The translations under genes were made by a program, and so were the position numbers. The notes beneath the pieces were generated by a model. The model ran no database searches and had not been told where the DNA came from. It worked only from the letters and a program-made list of their open reading frames with translations. From the NCBI GenBank assembly GCA_030612505.1, contig JAUWNU010000002.1:1-53787 (forward strand): DNA of 53,787 nucleotides. The letters are read 5' to 3'. The DNA is from Methanomassiliicoccales archaeon (GTDB taxonomy: Archaea; Thermoplasmatota; Thermoplasmata; SG8-5). Positions 44,134 through 53,787 of this stretch are shown piece after piece. How positions within the stretch are numbered: the first letter of the stretch is position 1; every line of letters starts with the position of its first letter.

Positions 44134-46164
44134 CTATCTGGCAGAATAGAATTCCTTCAATTCCCTTTTCAAATTATCCGGGCGTTTAATTTTTATCTCC
44201 TTCGGAAAATAGCTACGGTACTTCCCATCGCCATATCTCAGGTCCATGAGCATAACAACAGCTCTATCGGTTTCCGAACGAATGCATCTGCCCATGCCCT
44301 GCATAACTTTGTTCATTGCCGGCGAGGTATAGCCATATTCTTTCCCTTTGCCAAGGCCGAATTTCCTGTCGTAATAATATTCAAGCTGTGTTTGCTCAAG
44401 TGATGGGGGAGCCAGTGGCAGTCCCACAATAATGACACAGCCCAGAAGATTATCCCTGTAATCGATTCCCTCGGAAAGTGAGCCAGCCATTACTCCCAGG
44501 AGCATTCCGCCGCCCATGAACTGCAGCTTTCTCAGATGCCGGAGCATTGATTCCTTCTCACCTTTGCTGGACTTTCTTGTCTCCACAAGCAATTCCTTGG
44601 AGCAACCTAGTTCTTCTATTGCCTGAACTACCTCCCATTGAATATTGTATGAGGGAAAGAAAACCGCTATGTTTCCTGAGACCTCATCTGAAGCAGTTTT
44701 AATATTTTTAGCTATTTTCATGTACATCTCTTTGGAACGTTGCCTGTAAAGCGTGCTGACATCGGTGATTGCATAGACTGGCCTGTTCTCCGGCGGAAAC
44801 GGGCTTCGATAATTCCCAAGAATGCTGTCCTTGCCAGTCAAGCCAAGAATATCAGCATACATCTTTGTTGGATGCAATGTGCCGCTCATGAGGATGCTGG
44901 CATACGCGTCATTGAATATCTTGGCACTGACACCCGACGGGTCAAGTAACCTGAAAAAAATCTTTGATTTATCCTTGCGGCTGATAACCCGGATCATGCT
45001 GGGATGCTCCATAATGAACCCTTCAATGAAGCGGCTCAGGTCAAAGGCTGCACTTGATGTGCCATCAGCAAGCTTCTTATCTCCGATAATCATTAATTTC
45101 TTGACAAAATCGTCAATATTACATTTTCCATCAAGTGTCTGGCTCAGTGAATTTTCAATAATAAAAACAAAATCATCCTGCAATATCAGCATTTCATTAC
45201 CATCCTCAACCCTGTCAAGCAATTTGCCAAGGCCAGTTCTTATGAGGGAAATCTGCCGCACCATGACCTTGTCCCTTCGGGCCTCGGACATTGCCTCTTC
45301 CAGGCGATTAACAGTCATTTCCATGCTATTGTGTGAACGAATTCTATCAGGCAAATTATGAGCTTCATCAACAATTATTATGCAATCTTTCAGTTCCAAT
45401 TCCAGCATTTTCAGCATTGTGGCGCTTACATGGCTGTAAAACACATAATTATAATCACAGATTATGATATTCGCACCGGCTCCGGCCTCAACCGCTGCCC
45501 TGTGTGGACAAACTCCAGAACTGGAAGCCAATCCTTTTAATTCATCCACATGCAAAATACTGGTTCTTATCTTCCTGTCCAGTCCATTTACTTTTGTGGT
45601 GTGGTATCTGCATGTCTTATTTTTCTGCTCTATCCGGCAGAGTGCATTAAAAACAACATGATATTCTGAGGAAATATCCCTGGGACACATGTCCTGTTTG
45701 TTCACAATGTCCACGGCAGTAATCTTGGTGCCGTACCTGGCCTTGATCAGACGAATAGTCTCAATGGCTATCTTGTGCTGCGACTGTTTTGAAGTGAGGA
45801 ATAATATTTTCTTGCCGGTTTCAAGGGCCATTTCAATTGCTGGAACCAGAACCCCCACGGTTTTTCCTATGCCAGTTGGCGCATAGGCCACTAAAGTTTT
45901 CCTTTCCTCAATTGCCAGGGCAACATCTTCTATGAACTGTTTCTGGCCGTCACGAATATTCTCATAGGGAAAATAAGGAATTTTAGTAGGCGAACTTTTC
46001 CACTCTTTCAGGTCTTCAAATTCATTTTCCGGAGTATAGGTCTTGAAAGCACTGGCATCCTTACATCTGGGGCAGTAGGTTTCGAATTTACCTTTAACCT
46101 TTTTCTTGCGGAGCATCCCATTGCACTTGTCGCAGAACATTCTAACAGGCCTGGAAATGAACAT
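44134..46164 (-). CDS. xpd: XPD/Rad3-family (DinG-like) 5'-3' DNA helicase with N-terminal zinc ribbon
   Basis: Walker A APTGIGKT and DEAH box VDEAHNL. Cys residues of the FeS domain (CPRD...C...C). N-terminal CDKCNG...CPRCKD. Confidence 0.9.
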   Translation of the reverse strand: MFISRPVRMFCDKCNGMLRKKKVKGKFETYCPRCKDASAFKTYTPENEFEDLKEWKSSPTKIPYFPYENIRDGQKQFIEDVALAIEERKTLVAYAPTGIGKTVGVLVPAIEMALETGKKILFLTSKQSQHKIAIETIRLIKARYGTKITAVDIVNKQDMCPRDISSEYHVVFNALCRIEQKNKTCRYHTTKVNGLDRKIRTSILHVDELKGLASSSGVCPHRAAVEAGAGANIIICDYNYVFYSHVSATMLKMLELELKDCIIIVDEAHNLPDRIRSHNSMEMTVNRLEEAMSEARRDKVMVRQISLIRTGLGKLLDRVEDGNEMLILQDDFVFIIENSLSQTLDGKCNIDDFVKKLMIIGDKKLADGTSSAAFDLSRFIEGFIMEHPSMIRVISRKDKSKIFFRLLDPSGVSAKIFNDAYASILMSGTLHPTKMYADILGLTGKDSILGNYRSPFPPENRPVYAITDVSTLYRQRSKEMYMKIAKNIKTASDEVSGNIAVFFPSYNIQWEVVQAIEELGCSKELLVETRKSSKGEKESMLRHLRKLQFMGGGMLLGVMAGSLSEGIDYRDNLLGCVIIVGLPLAPPSLEQTQLEYYYDRKFGLGKGKEYGYTSPAMNKVMQGMGRCIRSETDRAVVMLMDLRYGDGKYRSYFPKEIKIKRPDNLKRELKEFYSAR

Positions 46165-46197
46165 TGGTACATAAAGGGTAGGTGGGGGTTAACGAAA

Positions 46198-46809
46198 CTA
46201 AACCTTTCCCCAAATAAACTTCTGCGCCCCTGCATCTGGAACCGTGGCAATGTATGCGTACAATCTTTCTTTTCTAATATCCTCAATCTCCAGAATCGAT
46301 TGAGTAAATTCCAATGCGTCATAAAATCTTGATGTAAGTTGTTGAATATGTGCATCATCTGCCCTTCTTGAGCTGGTGATTATTGCCACAAAGACCTTTA
46401 CCGGGTTCCGGCCTTCCAACATTAGTAACTTCGTAAGGTCTTGGGCAACTGCCCTGGTATTGTAGAGTTCCGGGCCTTTCCATTCTATGTGAATTCTCGG
46501 CCTGTCCTTGATAACATAATCGAACTTTCCCCGCACTCCGCGGTCCAGCGCCAGCTTCTGCGTGGTCTTTGGCCGATTGAGGTTGAACTCCCTCCAGGAA
46601 TAGGCCGCATTTGTGGGGTGTTCTGGAACCAGTATCAGATCCTTCCAGGGGTCGATTCTTTGCTTTGTGTAATGCCTGGTTGCCAGTGCTGAAAATTGAT
46701 GGTGAAAGAATTGCTCATTTAAGATATGGCGTCGGTCACCGTTTTTAACTATTTTCTCAGTCCTGGTCAGGATATTGCTGAATATTGATTCTAATTCGCT
46801 AATCTTCAT
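46198..46809 (-). CDS. Hypothetical protein with PD-(D/E)xK-like motif, immediately upstream of xpd
   Basis: VPEHP...GKFDYVIKDRPRIHIEWK fits E...D...ExK. It stops 33 nt before the xpd start on the same strand. Confidence 0.55.
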   Translation of the reverse strand: MKISELESIFSNILTRTEKIVKNGDRRHILNEQFFHHQFSALATRHYTKQRIDPWKDLILVPEHPTNAAYSWREFNLNRPKTTQKLALDRGVRGKFDYVIKDRPRIHIEWKGPELYNTRAVAQDLTKLLMLEGRNPVKVFVAIITSSRRADDAHIQQLTSRFYDALEFTQSILEIEDIRKERLYAYIATVPDAGAQKFIWGKV

Positions 46810-46872
46810 GTCTGCACCAACTGAGAATGTGCATAGGAATAGAAATAAATGCCGCTTTACCTATTATGTACT

Positions 46873-47478
46873 ATGGTCATTGAGCAGATTCTTGTGGGAC
46901 ATGACAATTTTAGCTATCTAATATACTGCCAGGAAACAAAGCTGGCTGCCCTTGTTGACCCAGGGAGCAATGCCTCCAAGGCAATGGGTCGGATAGGCCA
47001 TAAGGGTCTTGACATGAAATACATAATCAATACCCATCATCATATGGACCACACTGCAGAGAACAGCAGGGTGAAGCAGGCCTACAAATGTGGAATTATT
47101 GCCTCTGACCTGGAAAAAACAATGTCCTATGACACGCCAGTGGAAGACGGAGAAACAATGAACCTGGGCAATGTGAGCATGAAATTCCTGCAAACTCCTG
47201 GCCATACTCCCGGCTGCCTGTGCATCATTGTTGATGGGAAATTTATACTAACCGGCGATACTCTGTTCATTGGTGACTGCGGCAGAACCGATCTTCCAGG
47301 TGGCAGTAATAAGCAGATGTTTGCCTCACTCCAGATGCTCAAGTCCCTGCCTGATGAACTGATAGTTTACCCGGGACATGATTATGGCAATAAGCCCTAT
47401 GACTCTCTGGGAAATCAGAAGCTGACAAATAAAACGCTCCTGGCAAAAAATCTGGATGCATTTTCAGTGATTCCTTGA
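46873..47478 (+). CDS. Metallo-beta-lactamase-fold hydrolase (glyoxalase II-like)
   Basis: INTHHHMDH, TPGHTPG, GDTLFIGDCGRTD and PGHDY. Confidence 0.85.
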   Translation: MVIEQILVGHDNFSYLIYCQETKLAALVDPGSNASKAMGRIGHKGLDMKYIINTHHHMDHTAENSRVKQAYKCGIIASDLEKTMSYDTPVEDGETMNLGNVSMKFLQTPGHTPGCLCIIVDGKFILTGDTLFIGDCGRTDLPGGSNKQMFASLQMLKSLPDELIVYPGHDYGNKPYDSLGNQKLTNKTLLAKNLDAFSVIP

Positions 47479-47491
47479 TATGTTGAATCTC

Positions 47492-48115
47492 TTATTTTTT
47501 CTTACTATGAAGGTCTATGGCCCTTATGTTTGTCTCATACTGTTTTCTGGTAATCTTGCCGCTCTTTAATGCTTTCATTTGTTCACCTTTTTTCCTGGAT
47601 AGTTCAAGATTAGCTTCAATGATCTTTTTAGCATCTAGGACCTGTTGTTTTTCCTGTGCGACCTTGGCTTTGACCTTATCAAGTTTCTTTTGTTCTTTAA
47701 CCAAGTATTCCCTGTGCTCTATGTTTGACAAAAATGAAAGAGCAAATGCAGTTGACCTTGTCAATTTACCTTCCCATTTGCTTCGCACTATGCCTGTATA
47801 AATCATTACAAAGAATGAAAAGGGTCCAACTATACCTATGACGATTGCCATTGGAGAAGTTACATAGCTCATTCCATCGAAAAATGAATTAAATGAATTT
47901 ACATGCAAGTTTGCATATTGCTTCCCTGTTTCAATCGCAATAACAACCAGGCCCCAGAAGAAAATTATCTGCCACACAATGTTCCAGAATGCCCAAAAAT
48001 TAGCTTTTATAGCGTATTTCTTGATATCTTCCTTGTGGGTCTCGTACCTGGTAGCCTCTCTTTCATTCATTTCCAGGTTTTCCGCTATGGCTTCAACATC
48101 CTCAAAGTCGCCCAT
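47492..48115 (-). CDS. Membrane protein (3 TM) with C-terminal coiled coil
   Basis: Hydrophobic segments FWAFWNIVWQIIFFWGLVVIAI and MAIVIGIVGPFSFFVMIYTGIV. Lys/Glu-rich tail. Confidence 0.6.
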   Translation of the reverse strand: MGDFEDVEAIAENLEMNEREATRYETHKEDIKKYAIKANFWAFWNIVWQIIFFWGLVVIAIETGKQYANLHVNSFNSFFDGMSYVTSPMAIVIGIVGPFSFFVMIYTGIVRSKWEGKLTRSTAFALSFLSNIEHREYLVKEQKKLDKVKAKVAQEKQQVLDAKKIIEANLELSRKKGEQMKALKSGKITRKQYETNIRAIDLHSKKK

Positions 48116-48513
48116 ATGATATCAGTCACCTATATGCTTGACATATCTAATACTTTTTCTGTGATTTTGCCTCTCAATCAATGGTTAAATTTATTAGTAA
48201 AAAACAGCATTCAACTTTGGTGATATAATGGGAATCTTCAGCAAAAAAAAGGAAGAGAAGCAAAAAGATAAGGAAGTTGTTGCAAGTACCGGCGAAGTGA
48301 GGGCTCCCCACGCTAAAGCAGCGGCATCCCTTCCGTTATCTGATTGAATGACATGATTAGATTAATTATGTGGTCATTCAATCTTAATCAGGGATGCTTG
48401 TGCTTTGAGATGTGAGTCCTTTGACTGAACTATTCGTCGCCTTTCATCCGCAGACCTAAAGGTCGCGGCATTCAGGCGAGACATGTTCAGTAATCGAAGA
48501 TGCCGGAAAGAAG

Positions 48514-48720
48514 GTGGCCGAAGGTGCAAAACAAATAATCGATGATATGGAAGGCACACTTGATGGAGTTGGAGATCAGGTTGCTGATGCAGGAAAGAAG
48601 ATCATTGATGGTGCAGTAGAGATTGCAGGAGACATTAGCGAGGATTTGGGTGAAGCCGCTAACAAGGTTGAAGAGGTTGGAAAGAAGGTTATTGACAAGA
48701 CAAAAGAAGCTCTTGATTGA
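48514..48720 (+). CDS. Small acidic repeat protein
   Basis: Repeated AGKKIIDGA / VGKKVIDKT motif. GTG start; the repeat pattern continues upstream in frame (VIEDAGKKV), so the start is uncertain. Confidence 0.4.
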   Translation: MAEGAKQIIDDMEGTLDGVGDQVADAGKKIIDGAVEIAGDISEDLGEAANKVEEVGKKVIDKTKEALD

Positions 48721-48900
48721 GAAAAATAGCTTCTTTTAACTTATATTTTTAGCATACTAATTTGTTTTTCGTAATACTTTTCAGGGTTTTTGTACTTAAT
48801 GAAACAGCTAATTCACAAGAATTATCTTTATTGCCTAATTATTTGACTGTTAAAAATATGCGCATACGAAATTAAAAAACGTAATATTAAATGGAAAATT

Positions 48901-48923
48901 AATTGGGGCGGCTAAGCCCCAAT
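48901..48923 (-). terminator. Hairpin just downstream of the cDPG synthetase-like gene stop
   Basis: AATTGGGGCggctaaGCCCCAATT forms a 9-bp perfect stem, followed on the minus strand by an AT-rich tract. Confidence 0.3.
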
Positions 48924-48926
48924 TAT

Positions 48927-50243
48927 TTAGAAATCCTTCAGAACATCTTCCATGTCTGGTTTGGAAATCTCTTTTAGATTGTAATATACCCTGACAATTG
49001 GTTTGTTAACCGTCAGTACGCGGTTCAGGTCTATTGGAGTTCCTGCCAGGACAATGTCGCATGGTGTTGCGTCGATGCTTGTCTTCAGGTCTGCTATCTG
49101 TTGGTCAGAGTATCCCATTGCTGGAAGGAAGCTCTTTCCCTTCATGTGGGAATATTTCTCAAATGTATCCTTGATTTCTCCTACAACATATGGCAGTGGA
49201 TCAACTGTCTCGCCTGCTCCAAACTCCTTTGCTGCAACAGTTCCTGCGCCATAGGACATCTCACCATGTGTCAGTGTTGGGCCGTCCTCGATGACAAGCA
49301 CTTTCTTGCCCCTTATTGCTTCTGGGTCGTCAATGGAAACCGGGGATGCTGCCTGTACCACTATTGCATTGGGGTTGGCGAATTTCGCGTTTTTCAGTAC
49401 CTGCTCAACATCTTCTGGCTTGGCGGTATTGACCTTGTTCACAAGAATAACATCTGCCATTCTCAGGTTTACCTCGCCTGGGAAATATGCAAGCTCATGT
49501 CCGGGCCTGTGCGGGTCCACGATTGTGATATACAAATCCGGCTTGTAGAATGATGTGTCATTGTTTCCGCCGTCCCAGATGATTATGTCTGCCTCCTTTT
49601 CTGCCTCGGCCAGGATTGCTCCGTAGTCAACGCCAGCATAGACAACTATGCCCTTGTCGATGTGAGGTTCATACTCTTCGCGCTCCTCGATGGTGCATTC
49701 ATGTTTGTCCAAATCTTCGTAAGCAGCAAATCTTTGTACTGCCTGTTTTGCAAGGTCGCCGTAGGGCATAGGGTGGCGGATTGCAACTACTTTCTTGCCC
49801 TTTGCCTTGAGAATTTCAATGACCCTGCGAGTTGTCTGGCTCTTTCCACAGCCGGTCCTGACTGCGCAAATTGCGATTATTGGAACCTTGGACTTTATCA
49901 TTGTCCTTTCTGCGTCCAGCAAAATAAAATCCGCACCGTGAGCGTTCACAATTGCAGACTTGTTCATGACCACAGGATATGGTACATCGCTGTAGGAGAA
50001 TACAACCTCGTCAACATTGTGCTTCTTGATGAGGTCAACAAGTTCTGATTCGTCATGAATTGGAATTCCGCTTGGGTATAATTTTCCTGACAGGGATGGG
50101 GGATACATCCTGCCGTCAATATCTGGGATCTGTGCCGCGGTAAAAGCCACTACCTCATAATCCTCATTGTCCCGGTAAACCACATTGAAATTGTGGAAAT
50201 CCCTTCCAGCTGCGCCCATTATCAATACTTTTTTTCTTGCCAT
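48927..50243 (-). CDS. cpgS: Cyclic 2,3-diphosphoglycerate synthetase-like protein
   Basis: KVLIMGAAGRDFHNFNVVYRDNEDYEVVAFTAAQIP...VVFSYSDV and P-loop-like TGCGKSQT match my memory of this family. GAGGTGA RBS. Confidence 0.7.
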   Translation of the reverse strand: MARKKVLIMGAAGRDFHNFNVVYRDNEDYEVVAFTAAQIPDIDGRMYPPSLSGKLYPSGIPIHDESELVDLIKKHNVDEVVFSYSDVPYPVVMNKSAIVNAHGADFILLDAERTMIKSKVPIIAICAVRTGCGKSQTTRRVIEILKAKGKKVVAIRHPMPYGDLAKQAVQRFAAYEDLDKHECTIEEREEYEPHIDKGIVVYAGVDYGAILAEAEKEADIIIWDGGNNDTSFYKPDLYITIVDPHRPGHELAYFPGEVNLRMADVILVNKVNTAKPEDVEQVLKNAKFANPNAIVVQAASPVSIDDPEAIRGKKVLVIEDGPTLTHGEMSYGAGTVAAKEFGAGETVDPLPYVVGEIKDTFEKYSHMKGKSFLPAMGYSDQQIADLKTSIDATPCDIVLAGTPIDLNRVLTVNKPIVRVYYNLKEISKPDMEDVLKDF

Positions 50244-50549
50244 ACGCTCACCTCTAATATCGTGATGTGGCGGGGATAATGCTCGACCTTTATGAATTTA
50301 ACCACTGAACCCCGGTTTTAGTATTGAAAAATCTGATTTTGTGAGATTATAAGAGTGCTGGCTATGCGAAAGTAAAAAAAAGCTATGTTTGCGAACCTCC
50401 ATTATCTATATACACTATTATAATCTAATACTAAAGCAAATAAGAAAAAAAAGGGGGAGGTTAATCTTGAGTTTTCTTGTTCTGCAGTATTTCAAAGCCC
50501 CTTTGATCTTTGAAACGCTACACTTTTTTGGGCTAAGGTTCAAGCGAAC

Positions 50550-51380
50550 TTACATCCGTTCAAATAACCCGCCCATTTCAACCAAATTCTGGTCAGACGG
50601 CATTGGGTAGGCCTGTGGTGTCAGGTCTGCATCTGCGTGAACACCAATGTCAGTACCCTGATACCCCATTGTGTCTCCAACAGATACCAGTTCCATCTCA
50701 TTTTGGTAGGCCAGCACTTCATTTGCCAATGCGGCAAGGTAGGATTGTCCCATTGTGTCGGTAACATCTTTGATTATCTTCACAACCATCTTGTCCATTA
50801 TTTGAAATGCTTTGTTCAATGAAACATCACCGAATTTCATCAGTGCATCATTGTCCAGGGCTATTGTGCTGTCTGTGAACTGGCGCAGGGTCTCGATTTC
50901 TGCTTCAGCCCTTTCTCTTCTTGAAACTTCTGCGCTAAAAGGTAGTATTCCAATACCGAAGGTGACCATCCCTAATCCCTTGGCTGTCTCTGCTACCATT
51001 GGCGCAATTCCTGCTCCGGTTCCGCCTCCGAAACCAGTCACAATGAATGCAATGTCCTTGGAGATAAGGCAAGACCTTATGTCGTCTTTTGCCAGTTCCG
51101 CACTTTGCTCTGCTACCTCGATAAATCCTCCGGAATCCTTTCCGAAAGTGATTGTTTTTCCAAGGCAAATCTTTCTGTCAGCTTCCACCGACTGGAGACC
51201 AGCCATGTCAGTGTTTATCGCTATTCTTGGCACACCTCTCAGATGCTCGCTCATGCGACTTACGGTGTTGCAACCAGCTCCACCACATCCAATAATTACC
51301 ATGCGCGGCTCGGTCATGCCGCCGGTTATTATGTCTAATATTTCTGTTTCCATCCTGTCTCTTTCCGATGCTAGGCTCAT
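50550..51380 (-). CDS. Short FtsZ/tubulin-superfamily GTPase lacking the canonical C-terminal domain
   Basis: GCGGAGCNTV (T1), INTD, GGGTGAG (tubulin signature) and LDNDAL (T7). Only 276 aa. Confidence 0.8.
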   Translation of the reverse strand: MSLASERDRMETEILDIITGGMTEPRMVIIGCGGAGCNTVSRMSEHLRGVPRIAINTDMAGLQSVEADRKICLGKTITFGKDSGGFIEVAEQSAELAKDDIRSCLISKDIAFIVTGFGGGTGAGIAPMVAETAKGLGMVTFGIGILPFSAEVSRRERAEAEIETLRQFTDSTIALDNDALMKFGDVSLNKAFQIMDKMVVKIIKDVTDTMGQSYLAALANEVLAYQNEMELVSVGDTMGYQGTDIGVHADADLTPQAYPMPSDQNLVEMGGLFERM

Positions 51381-51985
51381 CGTATTTCCTCCTTGTTGTT
51401 TTATTAAATATACGCCACGTCCTAATACCGCTGCTTTCGGGCCAAACCCGAAAGCAGAGCAACCTTCTGGTTTGCGGATGCAAGGCCGCCCATCAAAATG
51501 ATAGATGTCATTTTATTGGGTTGGCGTGTGTTTAATAAGGGCTCCCACACATTTGATGTGATACCCCAATGCTTTAGCTTTGGGGGGCCCTCTGATAGTG
51601 GGATAGAGACCTTACTTTCAGGGTAGGCGCCTAATGCATTTTTTCGTTATGCCTTAGGCGATAAGTGAGGGTCCAACATCGGGCTTTCACCGATTAGATA
51701 AATCTGATACGGTAGTTGTGCCTTAAAATAAAGGTGAGTGCATCCCATCCCTTTGACAGCTAAGACAAGCATGGTCTTTTTCAGTTTTCTGCAGTCCATC
51801 CCTAAACTGCGGAAAGTAGTTAATTTATACACGAGCCAGACAGCGATGTTGAACACTTTATGACTTTTTAATAGGTGTTCAACATATAGATTACGAACCT
51901 GGCATTTATCTGTGCTGGTTCGTAACTATTCTATGTGATTTACCTGAGAGTTTGGTCTCTTTCCCTTTGCGTGTGAATTGTTCGA

Positions 51986-52372
51986 TTATTTGGTTATTAT
52001 CTGTCGAGAGGTGCTGCTCTCCAGGTTGGCCTCTATATTATCTCCAGCAATGATCTTCAAAGCATCCATGCTCTTGACAAGTTTCTTAATGCTTCCATCG
52101 GTTAAGAACCGTGTTATTATCTTTGTCAAGGCTTCTTCTTTTGAATCATAGTATCCCCGTTTCACTAATCCCTCAATTGTCTTTAGCTCCATTGAATCTA
52201 GTTTCACGGTTATTGTGTCTTCTTTTTGCTGGGTGTTGATCTGAGTGCGAACGGCAGTTCTCAAAAAATCACTCCGGTTAGAGTATTTTTCTTCCTTTAC
52301 CAGAGCATCGATTTCATTAATCATTTTGTTTTCTAATCTTGCCGAAATCCGCTCGTCAACCTGTTCTTGCAT
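51986..52372 (-). CDS. Ribbon-helix-helix (CopG/NikR-like) regulator
   Basis: ISARLENKMINEIDALVKEEKYSNRSDFLRTAVRTQI. Confidence 0.65.
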   Translation of the reverse strand: MQEQVDERISARLENKMINEIDALVKEEKYSNRSDFLRTAVRTQINTQQKEDTITVKLDSMELKTIEGLVKRGYYDSKEEALTKIITRFLTDGSIKKLVKSMDALKIIAGDNIEANLESSTSRQIITK

Positions 52373-52608
52373 CTTTACTTAACCCCTTTTGTCCGACAGA
52401 TATTACGTTTATGTTGAACAAACATGACAGTATATAGCAAGATAGTATATAAACCTTTTTAATTTGTTCGACAAATGTCATACAATGCATTATACTAATG
52501 CTTTATTTGAAAATACTGGCCTAATGGTAAAACCATGTTTCCGGCAAAAATGAATATCCAGAATTTTATTGTGAAATGCCTCTTCCTGACAGACCGAGCA
52601 AATATATT

Positions 52609-52854
52609 TCATCTAACTTTCTCCCTCCATTCAACTATGTCAATTACTTGATATTCTTCTCGAACCGTGACGAATGGACATCCCATGGATTTATGAAAAT
52701 CAAAGCAGTCATGGCCTTCGGCTTTAATGCATCTGGAACACTCTGAGACCACTGCAAAGAGCAGCATTTTTTCCAGCCTGGTGAACTCGTTTAACCCCAG
52801 TTCCTGATGTTCCTGGGATGTTTCATCCACTGTGATCTGCGTCATACTTGACAT
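52609..52854 (-). CDS. Small Cys-rich protein, second gene of an RHH operon
   Basis: 81 aa with CSRC...HDC...H...C. It starts 4 nt after the stop of 52859..53251. Confidence 0.5.
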   Translation of the reverse strand: MSSMTQITVDETSQEHQELGLNEFTRLEKMLLFAVVSECSRCIKAEGHDCFDFHKSMGCPFVTVREEYQVIDIVEWREKVR

Positions 52855-52858
52855 ATAA

Positions 52859-53251
52859 TTATCTCCTTGCCAGTTGTTTTACTGTTTTACTCATCTGCGA
52901 TTTGGCACTGTCCTTTCGGACATTCTCTGCAGTGATGCTCTCCATTGTCGGTTTCCTGTTCAGATGGTAATCCTCAATATCCCGGGTCCAGAAGTCTAAA
53001 GCTTGTTTGATAACATCATCAATATCTGTTGCATCGCTGTTCATTATTGCCATGTCAACCTTATCTGCCAGTCTATTTGGAATATTCACGTTTATCTTGG
53101 TGGAGTTCCAGCCGTCCTTCTGTTCATCAACAAAGCAGGCTATTGCATCCCTGATAGCCTCGCTCCGACTCTGGCCGCTGCGCTGCGCTATAATATCAAG
53201 TTCTTCAAGCAGCTCTGGCTCCACTCTGACATCAGCCCTTTCCTTCCTCAT
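52859..53251 (-). CDS. Ribbon-helix-helix domain protein
   Basis: VRVEPELLEELDIIAQRSGQSRSEAIRDAIACFV. Confidence 0.7.
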   Translation of the reverse strand: MRKERADVRVEPELLEELDIIAQRSGQSRSEAIRDAIACFVDEQKDGWNSTKINVNIPNRLADKVDMAIMNSDATDIDDVIKQALDFWTRDIEDYHLNRKPTMESITAENVRKDSAKSQMSKTVKQLARR

Positions 53252-53387
53252 TTTCCACCCTTAATGCACACAAAAGCGCACACATTCTTTTTATAGTTAC
53301 CGGATAGTAATAGCATTGGGCCTATATAACTATTTTGATAGAAAATCATAAATAACCCGGTATGAATCAATATCCACATGCGTTCAT

Positions 53388-53787
53388 CCAGAATAATTCT
53401 CGGATTGCTGATTATCACATTACTAGCCAGCTCCGCTCTTGCAGTTCCAGCCCTGACATATCCCAGGGTAACGCCAACCACCGGAGGTCCTGGCACAATA
53501 TTCACTTTCACTGTTCATTATGCTGGAGATGAGCCAGTTCTTATGGAGATTTATCTGGGAGATGAGGCCCACACAATGCTGGAAGTTGATCCCAGCGATG
53601 TAAATTACACTGATGGAAAAGGCTATTATTTTGAGAGCCAGCTTTCAGAGGGCACCACCATCTATTATTTCAAGGCAACAATTGCCTCAGGAGAAGAAAT
53701 CCGCACAATCGCTTCAACGATTCATGTTGGCTCAGACGATTTTGGCTTCGACCATCTGGACGTGGTTCTGGCAGTGTCATTCTTCAT
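53388..53787 (+). CDS. 5' part of a secreted protein (runs off the window)
   Basis: ATG at 53388 gives MRSSRIILGLLIITLLASSALAVPALTYPRV... (signal peptide) and the frame stays open to the window end. It is not in the ORF track because it has no stop. The antisense track ORF 53248..53511 is probably spurious. Confidence 0.55.

Noticed and set aside
51540-51605. Possible C/D box sRNA (TGATGTGA ... CTGA flanked by CCCAC/GTGGG)
   Set aside because: The C box is imperfect, no C'/D' boxes are present, and only ~30 nt separate the boxes. That is too short for two guides.

Overview
The window looks archaeal. Evidence: AMP phosphorylase plus ribose-1,5-bisphosphate isomerase, cyclic-2,3-diphosphoglycerate synthetase-like, XPD helicase, CDP-alcohol phosphatidyltransferase, TATA-like boxes about 25 nt upstream of several ATGs, and GGAGG/GGTGA ribosome-binding sites on others. 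I found no rRNA, tRNA or CRISPR array. Composition splits the window in two, judged from hand counts on sampled 60-nt lines.

(1) The left ~27 kb is an accessory, cassette-like region. Positions 117-11150 are very AT-rich (~25-33% GC in sampled lines) and carry two back-to-back phospho-signalling gene sets that look like conflict systems. On the minus strand: m5C methyltransferase, then a 1023-aa protein with two GHKL ATPase modules and a histidine-kinase core, then an atypical receiver protein. On the plus strand: a divergent thymidine/AMP-phosphorylase paralogue translationally coupled to a 1218-aa protein with zinc ribbon, Ser/Thr-kinase-like, P-loop NTPase and C-terminal Rossmann-like parts. 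An EVE-like gene follows. Further right are a 1443-aa surface protein, a type IIG restriction-modification enzyme, a RelE/RHH toxin-antitoxin pair and several orphan cassettes. GC-rich structured repeats with clear compensatory base changes separate these genes.

(2) The right ~27 kb (~45-52% GC) is mostly housekeeping. It holds the AMP salvage genes, lipid synthesis, an MFS transporter, a radical-SAM/DUF4130-like DNA repair pair, AlkD-like, XPD, MBL hydrolases, cDPG synthetase-like, a short FtsZ-like GTPase and RHH regulators. It also contains a fic gene flanked by ~83-bp duplications of the radical-SAM promoter and start.

All functional calls come from motif recognition by eye. No database search was run.
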